From Chloroflexota bacterium (lineage in GTDB: Bacteria; Chloroflexota; UBA11872; UBA12225), in NCBI GenBank assembly GCA_030447525.1, contig JAUJOR010000016.1:6785-70784 (forward strand): 64,000 nt of DNA, read 5' to 3'. Numbering within the stretch: the first letter of the stretch is position 1; each line of letters starts with the position of its first letter. Below are positions 28,241-37,784 of this stretch, in pieces. A model generated the notes under the pieces. It searched no databases. It saw only the letters and a list, made by a program, of their open reading frames with translations, and was not told the origin of the DNA. The position numbers and the translations under genes were made by a program.

Positions 28241-29734
28241 CTATGGCCGGCAGCGCACGTGCTCCACAGCGCGCCGCCAGGCGGCCCGTCGCTCCTCTCG
28301 CTCGGCACGGCCCATCGTCGGTTGGAAACGATCCCCCGCGGCCCGCCCGGCGGCAACCTCCTGAGGGGAGGACCAGAATCCCACCCCCAGGCCGGCGAGA
28401 TAGGCCGCGCCGAGGGCAGTGGTCTCCAGTTGGACCGGACGCACCACCGGGCAGCCGAGCAGGTCGGCCTGGAACTGCATCAGGAAGTCGTTTGCCGCTG
28501 CACCGCCGTCGACAGCTATCTGACCCAGGGGCGCCCCGGAGTCCCGTTCCATTGCCTCCACCACGTCTGCCACCTGATGGGCCACTCCTTCCAGGGCCGC
28601 CCGCACCAGGTGAGCCTTGGTTGCGCCCCGCGTCAGGCCAGAGATCACCCCCCTGGCATCCTGGTCCCAGTATGGCGCCCCCAGACCGGTAAAGGCGGGG
28701 ACGAAAACGACGTCCGCCGAGTTGCGAACGGACATGGCCAAGGCCGCCGTCTCCGCGGCCGTGTCAATGAGCCCCAGCTCGTCTCGCAGCCACTGGACGA
28801 CCGAACCCCCGGTGAACACGCTCCCTTCCAGGGCGTACTGCAAGGGCGACGCCTCGCCGAGGCGCCAGGCGATGGTGCTCAGGAGCTGATTGCCTGACTC
28901 TACGCGTCGATCCCCGGTGTTGAGGAGCAGGAAGCAGCCGGTACCATAGGTGATCTTGGCGTCCCCCGGCGAAAGACAGCCCTGACCAAACAGGGCTGCC
29001 TGTTGGTCACCGGCCACTCCGGCCACCGGCACGCCCGCCGGAAAGGGACCGGCCCCTGCTGACTCGCCAATCAAGGCGCAGGAGGGGCTGACCCGAGGGA
29101 GCATCCTCAGGGGGACGTCTAGCACGCCGCAGAGCTCAGGGTCCCAGGTAGCTCCATCTATCTCCAGGAGGAGCGTGCGCGAGGCGTTGGAGACGTCTGT
29201 GGCGTGCGTCGCCCCGCCGGTCAGGTTCCACAAGACCCACGAATCGACCGTGCCGAAGATGGCCGCGCCGGCCTCTGCGCGCGCCCGCAGCCCCGGAATA
29301 TGGTGGAGGAGCCATTCCACCTTGGTGCCGGAGAAGTAGGCGTCCAAGATCAGGCCGGTGCGCCTCAGGAACAGGCCCTCTTGTCCGGCGGCACGCAGCT
29401 CGTCGCAACGACGCGCCGTCCGCCGGCACTGCCAGACGATCGCCGGCCCGCACGGCTCACCGGTGTGCCGATCCCAGACGACGGTCGTCTCCCGTTGATT
29501 GGTCACCCCGATGGCCACGAGACGATGGGAAGGTAAGGGCGCCAGGGCCTGTGCGGTGGCGTCCAGCACCGTCTGCCAGATCTGCAGGGGGTCGTGCTCT
29601 ACCCAGCCGGGCCGGGGGTAGACCTGCTCCACGGCGGCGTAGCCCCGGGACCGGATGGTCCCCGCATGATCGACCGCCAGGACGGTCGTTCCGGTCGTCC
29701 CCTGATCGATGGCCAGGATCATCGGCACTGACAT
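28241..29734 (-). CDS. glpK: Glycerol kinase
   Basis: AIDQGTTGT, GVTNQRETTVVW, DAYFSGTK, GDQQAALFG, TYGTG, YALEGS, VDGG. Confidence 0.96.
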   Translation of the reverse strand: MSVPMILAIDQGTTGTTVLAVDHAGTIRSRGYAAVEQVYPRPGWVEHDPLQIWQTVLDATAQALAPLPSHRLVAIGVTNQRETTVVWDRHTGEPCGPAIVWQCRRTARRCDELRAAGQEGLFLRRTGLILDAYFSGTKVEWLLHHIPGLRARAEAGAAIFGTVDSWVLWNLTGGATHATDVSNASRTLLLEIDGATWDPELCGVLDVPLRMLPRVSPSCALIGESAGAGPFPAGVPVAGVAGDQQAALFGQGCLSPGDAKITYGTGCFLLLNTGDRRVESGNQLLSTIAWRLGEASPLQYALEGSVFTGGSVVQWLRDELGLIDTAAETAALAMSVRNSADVVFVPAFTGLGAPYWDQDARGVISGLTRGATKAHLVRAALEGVAHQVADVVEAMERDSGAPLGQIAVDGGAAANDFLMQFQADLLGCPVVRPVQLETTALGAAYLAGLGVGFWSSPQEVAAGRAAGDRFQPTMGRAEREERRAAWRRAVEHVRCRP

Positions 29735-29804
29735 CGTAGGCGGGCTCCTTGTAGCCGGCCGGATGGCCGGCCGGCGCCCGGACGATGGTAGCGCGCGAGG
29801 ACGC

Positions 29805-29846
29805 AAAAAGCGACGGCCCGCCCCCAAAGGGAGGCGGGCCGTCGCT
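29805..29846 (-). terminator. Intrinsic terminator of the FtsH-like gene
   Basis: Minus strand reads AGCGACGGCCCGCC...GGCGGGCCGTCGCT followed by a T run. Confidence 0.85.
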
Positions 29847-29865
29847 CGTGCGCCCTGAGTCGAGC

Positions 29866-32364
29866 CTAGGTGCGGGGGATGTCGCCGTCCGGGGCGCCAG
29901 ATGGGATGGGGAGCTGCGCCAGCTCCACCGGCGGCGGGGCCAGCACGGCGTCCGCCGTGCGCGGCGGGAGCTTCCCGTTAAGGATGCGCCGCACGTCGTC
30001 CGCCTCCAGCTCGCCCTTTTCCGCCAGAGCCCGGGCCAGACGGTGCACTTCGGTCTCATTCTCCATCAGGAGTCGCTTGACCGCGTCATACTGCTCGCGT
30101 AAGAGGCTATCCACCTGCTGACGCAGGCGCTCGCTTTGCCGGCTCGGCCGGTGTGCCTCACGTCGATCCTCTACCGGCTCGACGTCGTTTCCACCCACCG
30201 CGTTCTCATCGAGCGTGCCCCCCACGCCGGTCGTCCCGGTAGTGCCATTGGCGTGAGACCTACCGTTCCAATGGCCGTCGTCCTCGTCTTCGTCGTTGAC
30301 GAACAAGACGTCGGACGGGTTCATGTAGTTAGCGACATAGCGGGCCAGATCGCGCGCCCGCTTCAGGTCGCTGGCGGACTTGTCCAGCACCGTCCCCAGG
30401 AACAGCTCCTCGGCCGCCCGGCTGGCGAGCTTGATCTGAATCTCGGCCAGCACCTCCTCGCGAGAGTACGTCTGTTGCTCGGTGAGGGGACGCAGCTCAT
30501 TGAAGCTGCTCATCTCCACCGACGAGACGATCGAGACGCGCCCCACCTCACGCCGGCGCGCCAGCAGGGCCTCGGCAATTGCCTGCCCCGCTTCATCGTA
30601 GGCCAGCCGGCGGGTGTCCTCGCGGGCGGTGACGTCCTGGCTCTGACGCTCGCGCTCCTTCTCGTCGATGATGCGCTGGATGTCGTCGCCGATCAGCTCG
30701 CCCTCGGTGAGCAAGGCCTGGGCGACGGCGTGCACCGTCTCGGAATGCACCGAAAGGAGGGTCTTGACGCGCGTGAACTGCTCGTCCAGCAGCTCCTCCA
30801 CCCGACGCTTTTCCGGGAGGCCCATCGGGCCCATGGCGTTACCCATGGCCAGGTAGGAGAAGAAGGAGCCGCCCATGCCGTAGATGCCGAGGTAGGCCAT
30901 GGCCAGGCGGGTGGCCACCTGCAAGTCGCTGGTCACGCCGTTGAGCTGCGTCCCCAGGAACAGCTCCTCGGCCGCCCGGCTGGCCAGGAACACCTGGATC
31001 TCGGCCAGGATCTCTTCCTTGGTCTGGGTATAGCGTTCCTCCACCGGCTTGGGAGCTACCATCCCCAGGGCGCCGCCCTGGCGGATGATAGTGGCCTTGG
31101 CGATGCGCAGGGCGTCCTTCTGGAGCATCGCCGTAGCAAAGGCGTGCCCCGCCTCGTGGTAGGCCAGCCGGCGCTTCTCCTCCAGTTTCATGCCCCGGAT
31201 AGGCTGCTTGATGCCGAACTCGTGCGCCTCGCGTGCCTCGCTGAAGTCCTTGTAGGTAATGGCGTCGTGCCCGCTGAAGTGGGCCACCACCGTCGCTTCG
31301 TTGATGACGTACTTGATCTCTACCGGGGTGTAGCCAATGGTGTCCCCGGACATCCGGTCAAGGGGCATGTCCTCGTGGCGCACCTTGGAGAGGTAGTACT
31401 CGATGATGTCCTTGCGCCCCTCTTCGTCCGGCTTATCGATCGTCAGCTTACGATCGAAGCGCCCGGCACGCAATAAGGCAGCATCAAGCACCTCCACGAT
31501 GTTCGTCGCGGCCATGGTGACCACGTTCGGCCGTACTACCGGCTTGCGACGCAGGCCCAACCGACGCAGCAAGCGGTTCCGCCAGCTTTCGCCGATCCGT
31601 GGCGGGTCCATCTCCATCAGCAGCTGGTTGAGGGCCCCGCCCCCGCCCCCGAACATGCCGCCCAAGCCCATCCCACCGCCCATCGCGGACGTACGCGCCC
31701 CGCCGATGGAGTCGATCTCGTCGATGAACAAGATGCAGGCGCCGTGCTTTTCGGCCAGCTTGCGCGCCCTACGGTACAAACGCCAGACGGTCATCACGTC
31801 CATGCCGATGAACATGGCGCGGAAGGAAGAGGCAGAGCTGTAGCCAAAAGGGACGCCGGCCTCGGTGGCGATGGCCTGCGCCAGGTAGCTCTTCCCGGTG
31901 CCGGGAGGACCTACCAGCAAGAGGCCCTTGGATACCTCGCCACCCATGCGCTTGAACTCTTTGACGCCCCGGAGGAGCGTCACCCAACGGGTGGCCACCT
32001 CCAGCACATCCTTCTGGCCCTTGTAGTCCTTAAAGGTAATACCGGTCTCCCCCGGCATTACCCAGTAGGTACGTCCTCGGCTGAGGAAATAAAAGAGCGC
32101 GCCAAACTGCACCACCATGAACAGCACGGCGAAGAGCAGCTGGAAGAGCAGGGAGATGCCGAACAAGAGGTACGGCATCAGGCTCTCGGCGTTCGGCAGG
32201 AACCAGAAGACGAACGCGCCGAGGATGATCAGCCACAGGAGCAGGCCGCGCCAGTGACGCCCAATGAACCCGGCGAACTTCTCTATCACAACCATGCCGT
32301 GTGGCCCCTCGTGTTGTTGGTTGGCGCCTTGCAGCGCCGGCGCATCCCCCCGAGCGGGGGACAT
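29866..32364 (-). CDS. FtsH-like membrane AAA+ zinc protease with a duplicated M41 domain
   Basis: Two N-terminal TMs; GPPGTGKS; LFIDE; ATN...LLRAGRFD; HEAGH; second M41-like copy with YDEAGQ. Start uncertain. Confidence 0.9.
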   Translation of the reverse strand: MSPARGDAPALQGANQQHEGPHGMVVIEKFAGFIGRHWRGLLLWLIILGAFVFWFLPNAESLMPYLLFGISLLFQLLFAVLFMVVQFGALFYFLSRGRTYWVMPGETGITFKDYKGQKDVLEVATRWVTLLRGVKEFKRMGGEVSKGLLLVGPPGTGKSYLAQAIATEAGVPFGYSSASSFRAMFIGMDVMTVWRLYRRARKLAEKHGACILFIDEIDSIGGARTSAMGGGMGLGGMFGGGGGALNQLLMEMDPPRIGESWRNRLLRRLGLRRKPVVRPNVVTMAATNIVEVLDAALLRAGRFDRKLTIDKPDEEGRKDIIEYYLSKVRHEDMPLDRMSGDTIGYTPVEIKYVINEATVVAHFSGHDAITYKDFSEAREAHEFGIKQPIRGMKLEEKRRLAYHEAGHAFATAMLQKDALRIAKATIIRQGGALGMVAPKPVEERYTQTKEEILAEIQVFLASRAAEELFLGTQLNGVTSDLQVATRLAMAYLGIYGMGGSFFSYLAMGNAMGPMGLPEKRRVEELLDEQFTRVKTLLSVHSETVHAVAQALLTEGELIGDDIQRIIDEKERERQSQDVTAREDTRRLAYDEAGQAIAEALLARRREVGRVSIVSSVEMSSFNELRPLTEQQTYSREEVLAEIQIKLASRAAEELFLGTVLDKSASDLKRARDLARYVANYMNPSDVLFVNDEDEDDGHWNGRSHANGTTGTTGVGGTLDENAVGGNDVEPVEDRREAHRPSRQSERLRQQVDSLLREQYDAVKRLLMENETEVHRLARALAEKGELEADDVRRILNGKLPPRTADAVLAPPPVELAQLPIPSGAPDGDIPRT

Positions 32365-32593
32365 TCACAGGGCTCGGGCAACGCGGCGTCCGCCCCGTCA
32401 AGCAGCCTGCGGCAGATGCCGAGCATAGCGCCAGTATATCCTGACCTCTCCTGGATTTCGTTCAGAATCCTCTTAACTGATCACCGGAACGTCGGCGCCA
32501 GCATGCTCTCTCGCCCGCCGCCGCGCGTTGCCCGCCCGCGGGCGGCCGGGAAACGGTACGGGGACGTGACGCCTGGCGAGAGCGCAGTCGTGA

Positions 32594-33235
32594 CTAGCTT
32601 CCCGCGCTGGACCAGTCTTGCACTCGCGTCGCCGGCGCGAGCTTGCCGCCCGCCTGCACGTCGTACAGGTTGCCCCCGGGCCCACCGATGCGCACTTGGC
32701 GCCCAGGAGGCACGTTGTACACCCCACCGGGATCGGCATCGATCCCCATCACGGCCACGCCTCGGGCGTCGTAGTAGACGCCGTGTGCGTCAACCGTGTC
32801 CCGGGGCGGAGGCTCCTGTGATGGTGGCAGGGGCGTCCTAGCGCCGGCAGAAGTGTCCCCGGCGGCCTTTGACGGACCGGCGGGGGAGTCACGTCCCGAG
32901 CCGCCCACTTGCGCCGCGGACGCTCGCCCCGCGCTCCCGCCGGCCTCCCCCATGGAACCTACAGGGCGGGACGCCCTCAGGGCCGACGGGGGGGGGCGCT
33001 GCACGGCCGCCACCGGGGGGACGCTCACCGCGGGCGGCAGATCCCCCGGCGGTCGCACGCTGGCCGGCCACTGCCAGCCCAGGCCGCGCACAAACAGAAG
33101 GACGTACATTCCCAGGGTAAGCGCGGCCAGCGCAGCCAGGCGGAAGCGGTCGGCCCCGGTGCTACGGGAGATAGAAGCGACCCTGCGCGCGCCCACGCTA
33201 GTGCCTCGCCAACGAGATTTCGCTCCTCCTGCCAA
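32594..33235 (-). CDS. Hypothetical membrane-anchored protein
   Basis: One TM, Pro/Ala/Gly linker, compact C-terminal segment (HGVYYDARG...GGNLYDV); start uncertain. Confidence 0.6.
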   Translation of the reverse strand: MAGGAKSRWRGTSVGARRVASISRSTGADRFRLAALAALTLGMYVLLFVRGLGWQWPASVRPPGDLPPAVSVPPVAAVQRPPPSALRASRPVGSMGEAGGSAGRASAAQVGGSGRDSPAGPSKAAGDTSAGARTPLPPSQEPPPRDTVDAHGVYYDARGVAVMGIDADPGGVYNVPPGRQVRIGGPGGNLYDVQAGGKLAPATRVQDWSSAGS

Positions 33236-33309
33236 CCGGGTACCTCGCCCGCAGAGTCACCGTGATTAGATACCAATGGGTCAGTTGACATACCCATCGC
33301 CGCTGCCGG

Positions 33310-33365
33310 GTCATCCCTTCGCCCGGCTCAGGGCCAGCGCTGACCCTCGAGCGGAGCGAAGGATC
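33310..33365. repeat. REP-like inverted doublet
   Basis: GTCATCCCTTCGCCCGGCTCAGGGC (near reverse complement of 26779-26803) followed by CCTCGAGCGGAGCGAAGGATC. Confidence 0.65.
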
Positions 33366-33411
33366 CGTCTCCTCTGGAGCAGGAACCGTCACGCTCGTGG
33401 CAAGGGTGCCA

Positions 33412-34044
33412 CTAGTCTGGGAAGACCTCCGGCCCCTTGTCCTTGTTCGCGGCGATGAAGCGCCGGATGAAGGGCTCGTCCACGCTATCGAGGTACGCCA
33501 GCTTGCCCCAGGCGGTCAGGGCGATGGGTCGGTTAATGCCCCGGTAGGGGGCCAGGATCACCTTTTTCGGGTAGCTCCGCACGATCGCCTCAAGGGCGGA
33601 GACCATTTCCGGGCAACCGTCCGGGCAGTCGTACTGGATCAGGATCTCCCCATGCTCGAGGTTGTGCACCTGCACCTCATCGGGGATTTGCTGCGCTGCG
33701 ACTCCCGGCGGGGCGACGGCGTCTGCGTAGTGCCAGCCAGACGTGGGTGGGGTGCTGTTATAGGGCTGGTGGGTCTGGCCGCGGGCAATGTGGACACGCC
33801 CTTGGATGGGGAAGGTCTGCACCTGTGGCCCGGGCTCGGGACGGGTCAGCCAGTACACCAGCAGACCGAGGGCCAGGACGCCGGCCCCGATCCCTGCCCC
33901 CCACATCAGCCGGACGCGGCGGCGCCGGGCCGCTTCTTCCCGGCGGCGTGCTTCCAGCTGTGCCTCCAGCTGCTGGCGGCGTTGCTCGCGGCGGGAAGGC
34001 GCCACTCCGTTCACTGACCTTGGGCGTGTCCGCGTCTCGCTCAT
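33412..34044 (-). CDS. DUF3105 domain membrane-anchored protein
   Basis: YNSTPPTSGWH, VHNLEHG, IALTAWG, GPE. Confidence 0.9.
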   Translation of the reverse strand: MSETRTRPRSVNGVAPSRREQRRQQLEAQLEARRREEAARRRRVRLMWGAGIGAGVLALGLLVYWLTRPEPGPQVQTFPIQGRVHIARGQTHQPYNSTPPTSGWHYADAVAPPGVAAQQIPDEVQVHNLEHGEILIQYDCPDGCPEMVSALEAIVRSYPKKVILAPYRGINRPIALTAWGKLAYLDSVDEPFIRRFIAANKDKGPEVFPD

Positions 34045-34334
34045 GCCACTGCTACCACTCGCTCCACGGCGGCTTCACCCAGCACCGCGTTCAATGCCCG
34101 GACGATCTCAGGATTGCAGCGCTCCAGTAGGGCGGCCAGGCGAGAGTCCGGTACGCGCACTGTCAGCACGCCCCCCTGTAGGTCGAGCGCCCGGGATGCG
34201 GATGCCAGCTCCGGCGAGCTTTGCCCGGCGGCAGCCGGCCAGGCGCGAAGCGCCCGCATCGTGCGCAAGCGGTGCAGCAGACCCATCCCCTCCAGCGTCT
34301 GGGGCATGATCTCACCTAAACGCCGAAACGACAT
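34041..34334 (-). CDS. DciA/DUF721 family protein
   Basis: Basic N-terminus; W..AAG...A...GVLTVRVPDS...EIVRALN; downstream of recF. Confidence 0.8.
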   Translation of the reverse strand: MSFRRLGEIMPQTLEGMGLLHRLRTMRALRAWPAAAGQSSPELASASRALDLQGGVLTVRVPDSRLAALLERCNPEIVRALNAVLGEAAVERVVAVA

Positions 34335-34524
34335 CCTGCTCTTACTCCCATACTACCAGCCTCGCCCTCGCAAGGATCGCTCCGGCACCGCGGTGTAATC
34401 TGGTGGCTTTTCTCAGGAACCGGTCTGACGCGCACCTCAGCGCGTGTCATCCGGATTCCCCGCAGACCCCAGACGGCCGACCGAGCCCTGCACCAGGGAC
34501 CTGGCCAGGCGATCTGACCAGACG

Positions 34525-35832
34525 TTAGCGTCTGACCCCCAGACCGTCTCGCGTTACCGCCCCGGCCTCCACTCCATAGACGTCCGCGCGCCCCAAAAAG
34601 TCCTCGGCAAAGAACGTCAGGTCGGTAGCCGTCAGCAGCACCTGCTGCTGCTCGAGCACTACCTCTTGCAGGAAGCGCCGCCGGCGAGGGTCGAGCTCAG
34701 ACATGACGTCGTCGAGCAGGAGGACGGGACGCTCAGTGGTAGAGCGTTGCATCAGCTCCACCTCGGCCAGTTTCAGGCACAGGGCCGCCGCCCGCTGCTG
34801 GCCGCGGGAGCCGTAGACGCGTAGATCTACATTTCCGGCGAAGAAGCCGGCGTCGTCACGGTGCGGCCCTACGAGCGTTACCGCCTGTTGTCGCTCCCGA
34901 GCCCGTCCGGCGGCAAGCTGCGCCGTGAATCGCTCCCGCAGCTCCACCACGGCCGCGCCGGGAGGTCCCTGAAGGGCCGTCCCATCGACCGTCGTCCGCT
35001 GGGACGGGCGGTAGGCTTCCGGATCCCATAGCGCCTCCGACGGCCGGCCTTCTAATGGAACGGTGCAGCGGTACTCAGCGCGAAGATCACCCCCATCGCT
35101 CGCCAGCCGGGGGTAGATCTCAGCCATGGCCTCGTTTAGCCGGTGCATTGCCCGTAGGCGAGCCATGATCATGGTCGTGCCCAGCTCCACCAGCTGCACG
35201 TCCCAGTACTCGAACTGATCCGGGCGCACGGCGCGCTCCCGCCCCTCGCGCAAGAGGGCGTTTCGCTGCTGTAATACCCGCTCGTAACGCCTTGCCGTGC
35301 GCGAGTAGACGTGGTCGATTTGACAGAGGGTGATGTCCAGGTACCGCCGGCGTAAGGCCGCCGGCCCGGCGATCAGCTCCACGTCCTCAGGGGAGAACAG
35401 CACGACGTTGAGCTGGCCCAGCAGCTCCAGCGGCTGCCGCTGCTGTCCGTTGATGCGCACCCGTCGCCGCACCGATGTGGCCGGTGTTTGCAGCAGCCCT
35501 CCAGGTGGGCGCGGCGACAGATCTCCTGCAGCCGGGGCCGGCGCCAGGGGGCTCTCAGCTAAGATGACCTCCAGCTTCGTCGGCGAGGGCAGACGATCCA
35601 CCTCAGCCGCCACGCGAGCGAACACCGGGCCGCCGGCGACGTGCCAGTTGACCATCTCCCGCTCGGCCGCCGTGCGATAAGACCTGGTGGTCGCCAGGAC
35701 GTATAGCGCCTCGATCAGGTTGGACTTGCCCTGGCCGTTGTCCCCCCAGAAGATGCTCAAGTGCGGCGAAAGGGCGAGATCGAGCCGGACGTAGTTGCGA
35801 AAGTTCGTTAGCGTCAGGTGGCGACAATACAT
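34525..35832 (-). CDS. recF: DNA replication/repair protein RecF
   Basis: NFRNY, GDNGQGKSN, RRRYLD, GPHRDD, GSRGQQR, LLLDDVMSELD. Confidence 0.97.
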   Translation of the reverse strand: MYCRHLTLTNFRNYVRLDLALSPHLSIFWGDNGQGKSNLIEALYVLATTRSYRTAAEREMVNWHVAGGPVFARVAAEVDRLPSPTKLEVILAESPLAPAPAAGDLSPRPPGGLLQTPATSVRRRVRINGQQRQPLELLGQLNVVLFSPEDVELIAGPAALRRRYLDITLCQIDHVYSRTARRYERVLQQRNALLREGRERAVRPDQFEYWDVQLVELGTTMIMARLRAMHRLNEAMAEIYPRLASDGGDLRAEYRCTVPLEGRPSEALWDPEAYRPSQRTTVDGTALQGPPGAAVVELRERFTAQLAAGRARERQQAVTLVGPHRDDAGFFAGNVDLRVYGSRGQQRAAALCLKLAEVELMQRSTTERPVLLLDDVMSELDPRRRRFLQEVVLEQQQVLLTATDLTFFAEDFLGRADVYGVEAGAVTRDGLGVRR

Positions 35833-35931
35833 CCAGAGTTCGTCCCAGATCTCAAGTCAGACGCCTCACGTCCCTGGCTGTCGACCGGGGCTTGCTGTCG
35901 CGACGATCGACTAGAGACCGGAGCGCTCGAT

Positions 35932-36834
35932 CTAGGGTCTGGCTCGGACTTCGGTGCCCGTCAGGCGCTCCAAGGGTTTGACCACGGCGGCGATATCTTC
36001 TTCGCCGAACCCCATCTCCCGCGCCTCTTCAAAGACCTGCGCGGCCAGGGCGCTGAGCAGGAGGCGCACCCCGTTGTCCTTGCCTACTTCTAGCCCCAGG
36101 TTGAGGTCCTTGTGCAGTAAATCTACCGAGAACATGGCCTCAAAGCTCCCCTTCAGGATCAGGTCTGGAAAGCAGCGTTGGAGCTGAAAGCTGTTCCCGG
36201 TGGCCGAGGCGATCGTCTCGTAGAGGAGCTGGGCGTCCACCCCGGCCTTGACCCCCAGCACCATCGCCTCGGCGGCCCCGGCAAGGTTGATGCCCACCAG
36301 GAGCTGGTTCATCAGTTTTAGCACCGCCCCGGCGCCCACCGGCCCGGCGTAGACAATCTTCTTCCCCACCTTCTGGAGTATAGGCAGCGCCCGCTCGTAC
36401 TGGCCCTGGTCCCCCCCAACCATGACCGTCAGCGTCCCCGCTTCGGCGCCCGTCGTCCCGCCGGAGACGGGTGCGTCCAGGTAGCCGGCCTGCCGCTCCG
36501 CCAGGGCCGCGGCCACCGAGCGGCAAGTGGACGGGCCGATGGTGCTGAAGTCCACCACGATGCTCCCGGGCCGGATCCCTTCGATCAGCCCGCCCGTTCC
36601 CAGCGTGACCTCCTCCACCGTGGCCGGCATGGGGAGGCACAAGCAGATCACATCCGAGCGGGCGGCCGCCTCTGCCGGGGTGCGCGCCGGAGTGGCGCCC
36701 TCCCCCGCCAACGCCTCCACCGCCGACTGGCTTCGATTGGCCACGGTCAAAGGGAAGCCCCCCTTTAGGACGTTGCGAGACATGGGCTGACCCATCTTCC
36801 CCAGGCCGATAAAGCCGACGCTCAGCTCAGGCAT
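35932..36834 (-). CDS. NAD(P)-dependent beta-hydroxyacid dehydrogenase (3-hydroxyisobutyrate / tartronate semialdehyde reductase family)
   Basis: GFIGLGKMG, DAPVSGG, KLMNQ, KDL. Confidence 0.92.
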   Translation of the reverse strand: MPELSVGFIGLGKMGQPMSRNVLKGGFPLTVANRSQSAVEALAGEGATPARTPAEAAARSDVICLCLPMPATVEEVTLGTGGLIEGIRPGSIVVDFSTIGPSTCRSVAAALAERQAGYLDAPVSGGTTGAEAGTLTVMVGGDQGQYERALPILQKVGKKIVYAGPVGAGAVLKLMNQLLVGINLAGAAEAMVLGVKAGVDAQLLYETIASATGNSFQLQRCFPDLILKGSFEAMFSVDLLHKDLNLGLEVGKDNGVRLLLSALAAQVFEEAREMGFGEEDIAAVVKPLERLTGTEVRARP

Positions 36835-37040
36835 TCCTCAGATCCTCCTCGTTCCCCGTCGAAGGGTACCAGGGTCAGCGACCGGCGAGGCGCTTGCCGT
36901 CAGGGGGCTGTCACCTGGGGCTCTAGAGGGGCCGGCCTGTATTTCGCACGTCGCAGACGGCGGGGCACACAAGAAGGGCGCCTGGCCATCTGGGGCGTGG
37001 AAGCCAGGTGCTCGCGGGATGACCCGCACTTCTCCGGCTC

Positions 37041-37628
37041 TCAGGGGATCACCAGTACCTGGCCGACGCGGAGCGTCTCGTTGCGGCTGCGGAGATTGTT
37101 GGCCGCCACGATGGCGTCTACCGTGGTGGAGTAGCGCTGGGAGATGGCCAACAGGGTGTCCCCCGCCTGCACCGTATGCTCACGCTGGCTCGGGCGCGCC
37201 GTCGGCGTGGGGGCCGGGGGCGGGGTGGCAACCGCCGCCGGCGCCGCGGTCGCAGTTGGGGCTGGCGCCGGGACTTGTCCCCCAGCTGGCGTCGCCGGCG
37301 GCATGGCTGCCCCTGGGGCGGGCGTTGTGCCAGTGGCGACAGTCGGCTGGGGAGCCGCCGCCGGCTGGTTGCCCGGGAGCTGGCCGGAGCCACTCGGGGC
37401 TGTCGCCGCCGCCGGGAGGCGGGAGGGCGGATTGCTGGACTGCCCCCTGAGGGCGCTGCTCGCCGTCCCCACGCCCAGGCCGGCGATGCGGAACATGATG
37501 GCCGCCGAGACGAGCGTAAGCAGGATGACAAAGCCTAGCCCCAGGCGGGCCTTCCAATGCTCGCCGCTGCGGCGCTGCGCGGACGGGCTGGGATAGCGCC
37601 GCTCCGGCGCCGGTAGGTATTCTTCCAT
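37041..37628 (-). CDS. Membrane-anchored LysM domain protein
   Basis: TM, Pro/Ala/Thr linker, HTVQAGDTLLAISQRYSTTVDAIVAANNL...LRVGQVLVIP. Confidence 0.92.
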   Translation of the reverse strand: MEEYLPAPERRYPSPSAQRRSGEHWKARLGLGFVILLTLVSAAIMFRIAGLGVGTASSALRGQSSNPPSRLPAAATAPSGSGQLPGNQPAAAPQPTVATGTTPAPGAAMPPATPAGGQVPAPAPTATAAPAAVATPPPAPTPTARPSQREHTVQAGDTLLAISQRYSTTVDAIVAANNLRSRNETLRVGQVLVIP

Positions 37629-37784
37629 GTCAGCTAGACGTCAGCTGGAGAGTTGCTTCATGGGTTGCACGCCCACCATGGGCGATGCCGTAACCTGTTG
37701 ACGCCACAGCCAGCATACCGCTCCCTTCACAGGAGCCGCAACGTCCCCCATGGAGCAGCCTGCGCTAGGCCTCTGCCACCCCCT

